Translations under genes and position numbers: made by a program
Source: Diadema antillarum
Taxonomy: Eukaryota
NCBI RefSeq assembly: GCF_040938485.1
Contig: NW_027271791.1
Span: 62,001-126,000, forward strand
Direction: 5' to 3'
DNA: 64,000 bases
Shown: positions 1 to 10,611 of the stretch, piece by piece
How positions within the stretch are numbered: position 1 is the first letter of the stretch
Layout: the number at the start of each line of letters is the position of its first letter
Notes under the pieces: model-generated
Database searches by the model: none
What the model was told of the DNA's origin: nothing
The model's input: the letters and a program-made list of their open reading frames with translations, nothing else

Positions 1-97
1 TTTGGCATACTTGTGTTCATCATCTTGACAAAATTTTCTCTTCCTAAAAACTTTCTTCAAGAATGTGCAACTGTTCTAGCAGTTTTATGCCAGAAAT

Positions 98-609
98 ATG
101 GCCAACGCAAGCGATCGCGTAAAGAAAGCTGACGACAGACTCTGCCTCGGTTTACGCGTGGCGTGGCTGTCTGCTTTTCCCTCGGTTGTGTTGCTATCCC
201 GCGGCTTGTTGCTATCTCATTATGCGGTTGTCAAGCCCCCTTTGACCGAGCGGCGAAGCGGACGGCCCGAATCTCCCGTTCATAAGCAAATAATCCTCCT
301 CCCGTTCATTGATATGTCCCAGTGAGTGCGAATCTGTACGATTGTCGCTGCCGCGCTACGGTGATTCCGTACAATATGCGCGTATTATGCGTGTGTGTCC
401 GTACTTGTATGCACTCACACAGCTGTAGCAGACTACACACACTGGAAAATACATCGGACGGTACATGCACAGCGACATCGTACGCACCATTGTAATACAG
501 TACACTGGTAGAGAGTATTTCATACCAAGGTGCAACAGAGGTGGAACCAAAGGAACTCTGAATACAAGAACACAGAAATATAATATTATATTAAGATACA
601 AAGGCAAGG
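98..609 (+). promoter_or_regulatory. CpG-rich putative promoter and non-coding leader exon, probably of the TRPV gene
   Basis: Local CpG enrichment at about 100-480 against CpG-poor downstream DNA. Strong donor AAGG|GTAAGT at 609/610. A candidate acceptor (CTGATAG, ends 3527) lies 11 nt before the TRPV ATG. TSS not determinable. Confidence 0.4.
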
Positions 610-2099
610 GTAAGTACTACATCTCTCCCAGTTCATTGTGGTTATGTGTTTGGTGTTTTATGTTCGTCTGATGTTAGTAATGTCAATGATCTATCAGTGC
701 TGATGGTTTGCATGTATGGAAAAAGTACCTAGCTAATTAAACAGAATAAGTGAGCTTTCTCTCTTGGAGCGCTGTAAGTGTAAATCTTTAATTGAAAACA
801 TGTGCATCGAACGGTTCTTCAGATGACTACTACCTGGACCCGTTGTAGAAGATTATCATATCTTCAGTGTGATGTAAATTGTGATGTTTGCACACTACCT
901 GAACATAATAGGCTTCACACAAGAGAAACAGGAAAGTGGAAATACAATAATATTTCCACAAAAAAAAAATGTCATGCCCGAGTTCTTGAAGATGTGTACT
1001 ACATCTTTTTATGTAAAATGTAATACTATAATCCTTGCGATCTATGGAGAGAGTATCATATATGCATATTTTGTAATCAATTGTAAATTCAGCGTCATGT
1101 CATGCACAATACATACATGAATATGAGGAGTATTGTGCAATGTTAGACTTTTTGTAATACAGTATGCATGACCAAGAAAATTTAAGATTCACCAAAATAT
1201 AGTGATGTGGAAACATGTCCACAACATTGTAACTGAATTTTCTCTAGTACAGTAAATAGACTGTACATGCATGGCTTTGATTTTATGAAATAACAATTTC
1301 TCCATCAGGAACATCTTTGCACAAGTACATCATTGCACCAGTTAAAGTATTACTTTTGATAGATTTCATTTTTGCCTCCACTGATACAAGTTGTACACAT
1401 GTATTTAATCAACACAGTTCACTAGTGGTCTTTTTTCCATTTCATGTTGATGTTAGATACTGCAATGTTTCAGAAGGTTCAATAATTGATATTTGAAGTT
1501 CCTTTCTGTAATTGTGTAGAAGATGAATAATGCAGACCTGTATTCCAGTTATGCCTTGGAAAAGTAAGGAATAAGAACCACACAAACAAACAAACAAACA
1601 AAACACAAACATACACACACAACAGATTGTAACAACTTTCTCTTCACTCTATCCCAGATTTGGCTGTGTAATCCATAAAGCTCAGATGCATTTAGTAATG
1701 TTACATAATATTCATTCAGTATTTTGTTAGGCCCATTTTATACATTTATAAACAGAAAATAGCAAAAGCCACCTAACATACGAATTAAATGAGCAAAGAA
1801 CATGATGTACAATTTGTATTTTACAATTCTTTAAAACACTTTTAAATGCACCATGACCAGCTCATCAGAACCATCATAAATCTTAATCTTTTAAGACACT
1901 GGACTTGCTTTACATTGCACATGTTTGCACATTGTACAGTGTACATGTAATTGGCAAAATCAAAATGTCAGTCTTGCCAATAGGCTAGGCTCATTCTTTC
2001 CGAAAAATAGTCACATTACAGATTTGTCATTTGTTATAACATTTGAACGTAATACAGTACATGCAAATCTGGTATGTCATGATCATGAATATATTGAGA

Positions 2100-2660
2100 A
2101 ACTAGAAAAGCACTCTGAGAGCGCAGACCTCCGCCAAGCAGCTACAAGTACTTTCCACTGATGATCTTGCTCTTCCCAAAGAGATTTTTCTCCTCTCCAC
2201 CTGGCTGGGGAAAAGCTCTTTGGGCTCTTCCATAGAGATCAGTAATTTCCACACCCATAGGTATACATGCTGAAAAATTGCCCGATTTCCCAATATAGAA
2301 GCCTTTGTTATGTCATAAACCCTCAGCTGCACGGCGCGCCTCGCCCAGCTGCAGAAACTGGAGCACGCACATTAGTGCGCATTTGAAAACCTCAAAAATG
2401 CGCATCTTGAACTCCCAAGTTCATTGACCCTACCTGTCAAAATATCAAAAATCCTTCATAAATTCCCTCAAAATTCTCGGATCACTACCAAAATTTAATC
2501 GTTTGTTACTTGTGTCATTCTCAACCTTTCCTGTAAGTTTCATTCAAATCTGTTAACTACTTTTTGAGTTATTTTGCACAAGGACAAACAAACAAACTAA
2601 CAAACAAACAAACCAACCAACGGTAATAAAAACATAACCTCCTCCCTTGGCGGAGGTAAT
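2100..2660 (-). mobile_element. Helentron-associated non-autonomous element (HINE, Tsp/DINE-1-like)
   Basis: 12-bp subterminal inverted repeats ACCTCCGCCAAG (2127-2138) / CTTGGCGGAGGT (2646-2657). (GTTT/GTTG)n microsatellite near the 5' end. The minus-strand 3' end has a GCGCTCT-C-AGAGTGC hairpin followed by TTTTCTAGTT. Confidence 0.7.
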
Positions 2661-3538
2661 TAGAATGTTTTTCCATTAGTATAAGTGGAATGACCTGAAA
2701 ATGATGTGAAATTATAAATGTCCAGAGTATTTGTGAAGGCATGGCATAAGACAACTTCAGAAGTTTGCCAGAGGAATACAGCAGTGTCACAAAGTCACTA
2801 AAAAGAATGAATTTCATGCAAACTGGACAAAGCATACAATGTACAGATAACTGCAGACCAGTTTTTTATATGGAAACCCCATATTGTATTCACTTATTTT
2901 CTTCTCAGCTTAACAGTGGGTGTACGGCTATAGTAATATGAAGTGTAGCATGTGTCAAATTATAGCTTTGAACAACATGTAGTGTTGTACATGTGAGGCA
3001 AGGAGAAATAAAAGTATTACTCAAATATATATATATATTTTTTTGCATTTTCTTTGAGTGCTTACAGTTACTGTATGACATTGAATTGTTACATCACTTA
3101 AAAGGTTTTCTTTTTCAGTGAAATTAATCATTATGCCTTTGAGTGACATAAAGTCATACAGGATTTATTAAAGATATTGACCTGTCACCCCCCCCCCCCT
3201 TGATAATTTGCAAATTATGACAACTATCATTTGGAATACAGACTTCTCAGAAATACTAATCTGTGTAAACCCTCTTTATTTTTGAGAATGATGTACGTCA
3301 AATGTACCATCCAATTGGACTGAAATGTGTTTGATGATATGTTTTCTCTTTCCATCATTCCTGAACATTCCAGGCAGTGCCTCAGAAGGGAATGATTGTT
3401 GTCACCATGGTAACCAACATCTAAGAGTCTCTCTTTTTTGTGTGTGATGGTGGCAAACACGCACTTCAACCTTCTCAAGCAGCATCTTCAAAATCTGGGA
3501 TTAAGTTTTGCATGTATATACTGATAGACTCTTGAGGA

Positions 3539-6500
3539 ATGGGAACAGGCAAGAGCAAGCAAGAATTGGATGAGGATGAGGGGAACAAGAAACAGGTGGA
3601 TGACAACAGTCAGGAGACCTTCCCCCTCTACTCCCTGGTGAACCCCAAGGGGGGTGGTGAACTGGTGGAACTGACCCGGGAAGCCATCAAGACCAAAAAC
3701 TGGCAACCGCTGGAGGACAAGATCAGGGGTGATGCTGTGAGTACATTTTTTATATATATGTATATATAGATCATCTCTCTCCCTTTCATTTTCTGTTGTG
3801 TTAAAGGACAAGTTCACCTTCATAAACATAAGGATTGAGAGAATGTACACACATCATTGAAAGTTTGAGGAAAATCAGACAATCCGTTCAAAAGTTATGA
3901 ATTTTTGAAGTTTTTGTGCAGTACCCGCTGGATGAGAAGACTACTGCAGTGTATGAATAACTTAGATGTCACATGCGTACTACAATATAAGGAAAATATA
4001 AAGAGAATTTCACAAAATTCCATCTTTTGAAAAAAGTACACATTCCCCTGACTCGTTACCGATAAATGTTATGGGTAATATTATTCCCCCTGCCTTTAGA
4101 AAGAGGCAAGTCAATTGCTCTTTTATTATGCGAAAAAAGTGAAAATATGTTGAATTTTCTTTTATATTTTCTTTATACTGTTGTACGCATATGACTCACA
4201 AGCTGTAGTAGTCTCCTCATCCAGCGGTTCCAACACAAAAATTAAAAAAAATCACGACTTTTGCATCGATTGTCCAATTTTCCTCAAACTTCCACTGATG
4301 TGTTCTACTAATATTGTTGCATTTTTCTCAATGCTTATGTTTATGAAGGTGAACTTGTCCTTTAATAACACTTTTGAATGACAGTAGATCTGTACATGTA
4401 AAGATAGTTTCAGAGATTAGCCGTAGGAATGCTTACACATGTCCAAGAGACCAACCTTTTATTGGCCTATCGTTGATCAAGACAAGATATGAAAGCGAAC
4501 ATCTTTGCAGAGATGATCTACAAAAGCATGGCTGCCACTCCATAAATCATTTGTTTTGTAATCTGGATGAAATTAGGATATCAATATTTACAAACTGTGA
4601 TGAAAAGATGAATATAATACACTGCAATGTCAATATTTCACATATATCTCATTAGTGTTATTCTGACCTTCAGTGGATTATTTTCTCCTGAATTTCATGA
4701 ACTTAAAATTCAAATAGACAGGATTGAGAACTATAAGATGTAAATCTACCCTCATTCCTGTTTCCCTTGATATGAGTGTTTCATACCATTCTCTCTGTCT
4801 TTCATTGTTGAAGTATATTGTGCAAGTGTGCATGTGCTGTTAATTACACTAAAAAGGAATTTCAGTACTTTGGATTAAGAACCAGGCTGTAAATATCAAT
4901 GATTGTAAGTAGTATGTCTTGTTGTTTCTTTATTTCAGTGCAATGTGGAAGTTCTATTTTATGCAAGTAATGTAATCTATAATATTCACAAGCCTCTGAG
5001 TGTGTGTGTGTGTTTGCACATGCCATGTGTGTGTGTCTCCATGTGAGTACATGTATGCATGTTTGGATAATACCTGATTCTGGATGTGCATCATTTTTCA
5101 AGACCCTCTATGATGCCAGTAGGCCTCCCAGAATCAGATGCACTCTACCGATCAATGAGCACTCTTGCTTCATATTCCTGTAGAGAGTATATCAAAGCAA
5201 GGAGCCTGTTTGTGCAGCAGTGAGTGGGGCTAATGTATATCATGTAGGCCAGTATCTATACACTGTAGCTGATTAAATGCATGCTGCCCTTTTAAGCTTT
5301 TTATAACCAGAAAAAACATCTCATTTGCCAGGGAGAGGGTACATCATTATGAGACAAACATTTAGAATAATGTCAGAATAGAGAATTGATGTTCAGAAAT
5401 AATAAGAGAATTTCACAATTTTTTTTTCCATATAAAAAGGACACACTTCCTTGAATTGTTACTCACTTCGGGGACATGTTAATGCTGATAAAATAATATT
5501 CACCATGCTTTCTGGAGGAGCTACAGTTAGTTCTTTTTTAGGGCCTCAGAACAAATATATTTCCTATTCTTTGCACCTACATGCATACAATAGACATTAT
5601 ATCTTCATAATGTTGTATTATCATGCCATCACAAATTCTTGTAGAGTTCCCAAGTAGAGAGTGTGGGACAGGGAATTACGGTGTAGCCAAGAGTCTAGAC
5701 ATTCAAAACTTTTATTCAGACTGTCACATTTTTTTTGTGAGTCTCTCTAGTCTTTCTGCATTCACTGAATTTACATATAATGTTTCTCAAAACTAAAATT
5801 TCCCTTGTTACTGTATCACTGACTAATACTTGGTATACAATTGTACACTAACTTGGTGAGAGATACAAAACACTGCATTTCGGAAACGACACAACAGTCT
5901 CGATCTGCTATGGGCAATCTAGGCTTCTGCAACACGCTCTGAGTCTCAGGAGGAGCACTCCTCTAGATATGACCTTAAGGTGACCTGATTGTTTACTGAT
6001 GGTCAGCTGGACAATCAATCCCCAATCTGTCCACCAGATGGTCAAATTAGTCCAAGCCAGACCGTCCTACCAGAAGTGGGTCAGCTCAGGTCAAGAGTCT
6101 AGATAATCCAGTGACCAGATTAGAAGGTCAGGACTCCACCTGCCCAGAAAGGTGGAAAGAGACAAATGAATGGCACATGTGTTTACGCAATTGCAACACC
6201 ACTGACCCTTTCAGATTAGCTGAAAGAACTTGTTTGTAAATGGGGGGGGGGGGGTAGAAATATGTTAAAATCGTGCAGTGTGAAAGCAACCCTGAACCAC
6301 ATCTCTCCCTGACAAGTTTCTCAAATTGCCAGGAGGGGGCCTACGTGTACATCTGTATGCATGGCCAATCATGGTCCAGAGGTTTTTATTTGGCCAAGTT
6401 GTTCATCTCAGTTCTCCATATTTGTTTGTAGCCTGAACAGTTTTAAAGATCATATACCAATGATTCAGGTACAATGTACTGAAAGAAATAAAAATCAAAC

Positions 6501-9148
6501 ACCAAGGATAGAATATACATGTGCAAATGTACAGAATGTATGTCTCACAAGCAAAAAGGCAGTCTTTCATTTCCGTGCAAGCTGTTTGAAGCGCTGGATT
6601 TTATAATGTTATATCCTGTGTGCTCAATCTATCAGAATGTTGAAGAAGCTGACAAAAATTATGACATCCTCCCTTGCACCTTCCCCTCCCCTTTTAAAAG
6701 CAAAAGAAAGAAAAAAAGGAAATAAACCACAAAAAAAAAAAGAAGAAGAGAGAAGCTAGTAAATGGCTGGCATGCTAGCAAGTATGGGTATAGATGATTA
6801 TATTCATGAAGGAAGGCTTAGTCAAGACACAGACAGCATGGCCACAAACTCCCATTGGACCAGCAGGTTTTGATGAACCTATTGCCTATGACGAGCTGTG
6901 TGTACATGTACAGAGTTTTAATGACACAGGGAGGCCTTAATCTCAACAGCATGAATACTTTATAGGCTGATCTGTGAATGTAACTCCTGCTTTTGTATCA
7001 ACTTCAACAGTTTCTCGACAAGAAATCAAGTCGCTGTTACATTGTGTATATGAGAACCTGAATTAAGAGCATGCTGTTTTGGGGTCAATATTCATGTACA
7101 GTACGTGGTGTAAGCTTGGTTATAGCAGTTTGCAGTAATGCATTGTTGATCATCATGGAGGAAAATTATGTGAAGTGAATGTTTTTCAAAACAAATATGC
7201 CCTGTATGCATGATGTGTCTGAATTCATCAAGATGTCAACGTAACTTGATTTGATTTTGAATAATATGTTACCAGCAGTCATAATCCATTTCTCATTTTT
7301 GTTGTAAAATTACATGGACAACCTCATCACAAGAGTAATGATTATTATGCATTTTGACTGAGTTGAAATGATGCTTCATTCTTCATTTTATGTTTATGCA
7401 GTAAAATTGATATCTTAAAATAATTTCAAAAACCTCAACCTCATTTGCAGAATGATTATTATATAATGTATATTTGTACAATACACTGTGTTTTGGTGTA
7501 AGCTCAAATACATAATAATTCATGGGGCATATCAGTCCATAAAATTTCCCCTCATAACAGTGAAGCGTAACATTGATGCATAGAAAATTGTCATGTAACT
7601 CAGTTGGTAGTATTTACAGTGTGTGAATGATAATTGTGATTATTCTGACACTTTTTAATGTTTTTTGACATGTGAATTGTCCCAAATGCTGTGTTCAACT
7701 TCAAATATTATTGTCAGATTGAAGACAGATAGTGTAGAATCCTACTGATTGTCCATACCTTTTCTCAGTCTAACAAATATGAAACCAACTGACCACTGGT
7801 ACTGGACAACCTGTCTGTTCTATCATTGATTTCCCCTCCATACAGACCGATTCGGGTTCGTTGAGGGCAGCAGACAAATTGTGGCACTGGGCGTAGTGTA
7901 GCCGCGAGCTCATTTTGAGGTGTCTTAGCCGACCCCCCCCCTCCTCTCCCCCACCCCCGGTCAACATGTTTATCGCGCACTTGTAACAAAGGTTCGCGCA
8001 CTAAGCAAGCATTCGCCCATTGGCTAACAACCATGCATCAGTTTTTCATTCCGTGCGTGGAAGGGGGTGGGGGAGAGGGGAGGGGGGGTCGGCTAAGACA
8101 CCGCAGTAATGGCGCTGCCCATGCCAAAAATACACATGGCGCATCACAGAATCGGTCTATACATTTTATTAACATTGAAATGAATACAACTGTAAAGACA
8201 GTGCAATCAAAGTTTCATTCAAATTTGGGAAACTCAGACAATTTTAGAATATAACTAAGTACGGTAAATACTTTGATACATACGTGTACAGCTGTAGAAG
8301 CAGTTATAGGTTTGTTCTTTTTTTACACAACAATAACATTGTTAAAATATTTACCAGTAGTTGATGGTAATGCCATCACTTTGTACAAGTCTCCATTAGG
8401 CTTAGATACACATTGTCAGAATTTTTTGTATACAGTGAACATAAAAAAAGAAATTGTTTCACTTTTCAGTAGAAAATGGTCATGCTTTTCACATACACTG
8501 TAGAGTTCAAGACACTTTAAATGCTGCTTTGTCCCAAAAAAGTGAAATTCAAAACTCTTCATCATTTCTATTTAATTGTCCAATGTTAAGAAATTAATAT
8601 GCATATAGTTCTGTTGTTGTGCTTCCACTTCGTTTTACCCAAGTCATTTCAGATATAGGGTGACTTGCCCATAGGGCCTTGTGCTCACCATGCATGTAGG
8701 CCAATCAAATTTAGCAACCATGCGTGTGAATTTATCTGTTAATATTTTATTATTTTCTGGCAGGTTTGGAGGTCTATGCTTTCCACCTGTACACCCTTTG
8801 CAATCAACAACATCATTTTAATTGATGATAGGCCTACATTTCATTTCGTTCACCACTGACAGTGAAGGACCATCCATTATATTTTCATATGATATTAATT
8901 TTAGACTAGTGTAAAAGTGGATATTTTCAGGTGAGTAATAATTTGTGCTTGGTGGGGTAATATAAGTTTCACATGTTTTTAATTCCACAGAATCAAGACA
9001 TCAAATTCTGGAATACTTACATGTATATGGCAAGCAAAAATATTTGCGTGTGTTTATGTTCGCGCTAGTTTCTGGTTGTGCGAAATGTGCGAAAATTTCC
9101 ACTTTTACAGAAACGCATCAAGGCGATGATAACTTCACCATATCTTGT

Positions 9149-9183
<35 letters not shown>

Positions 9184-10554
9184 AACATTTGATTGTGTGT
9201 GTGGGTAAGTGTGTGTACAGTGTATGTGTGATATTGAGTAAGAACACATATACATTGTACAGTACCTACAAGTATGTGTAAATTGTGATTCCCAATGTAA
9301 TCAAGTGCTTACTATGAAACAAAAGAACAAAAAAGGACATGAAGTGTGCATGATGCTTCATTTAAGATCCATCTTCACTGCAATTGTGGTCATATGATTG
9401 TAACTACCACCCTTTTTGCTACAACAGAACACATACAGTGTTTATGTAAAAGGAAGATGTCACATCTGATACAGAGCATTGGCAAATAACAGATTTACAT
9501 AGAGAGATAACCAGGCTGTGAGTTCAACAGTTCACAGTCATTATGATAATTAGATTCTTGTCAAGGGACTAATATTGTGTCCATACAGTATAAAGCCTTA
9601 TGCCAAAATATCAAGCTACGTTGTCCTTGTATCATAGCATTTTGTCACTCCTTTGGTCAGTCAGATTGTCTTCAAGCAGAAAAATGAGTTCCATGTAAAT
9701 ATCTTTTCTTTTTTATCTGTAAAGAAATGGTTTAACATGTGGAGTTGAAAGAGATATGTGGATCACACACATGTACATTTGTAATAGTAGTACACTTCGG
9801 GTTTTAAACCTCTTCATGTGTGTGTATAGTGAGATGATTCACCATGTCATGGTAAAACAGGGAGCATTCAAGAATCCCCCATCTCATTATTTGCACACTT
9901 GCTGTCATTACAATTGTACAATCTAATCATTAGATTCCCCAATATTAGTGCTTAGATTGGCTGCTACGCTGCTCATGAACATATAGATACGTACATAGCA
10001 CAACATCACTTGAACATTTCTCCTGAGCAGGGGCAATCAGGGTAGATTATTGTTAGTTGTCAGGGCATTAAGGTAATGACAATTTTTTACTGCATGTGCA
10101 GACAGCCGTAGAAGGGCAGTTTATTTAACCTAATGGAAAGCACTTTCCCTAAGTCACCTCATCCTAGTTTATAGCATTTGAGAATAACTACACTGTATCA
10201 GCCTATGAATGTGTTCACAAATGTGTTGAGTGTAAGATATCAGACTGTTGTCCATATGTGTGCATGTACATCGTACATATACAGTGTACATTGTATTGTG
10301 TTTGGATTTGTCTGGATGTTTGTCTAGGACTAGTTAGGTTTATATTCTTAGTTCATGTAATTCAATTTTGTAATTCCAATTTTCATGTACAAAGATAGAA
10401 GATCAATATTGTATGTATAATTGTTTCAAAATGCACCCTACAATCATGGCTTTTATTTAGCATTCCTCCCCATCTCCTGCATTTTCAAAATTTGAGAATG
10501 CTTTTTTTGGTGTTTCTTTTTACCTTATCAATGGTATATCCATTAATTTCATTT

Positions 10555-10611
<57 letters not shown>

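Noticed and set aside
98-325. 75-aa ORF MANASDRV...
   Set aside because: No recognisable motif; lies in a CpG-rich promoter-like patch and is better explained as non-coding.
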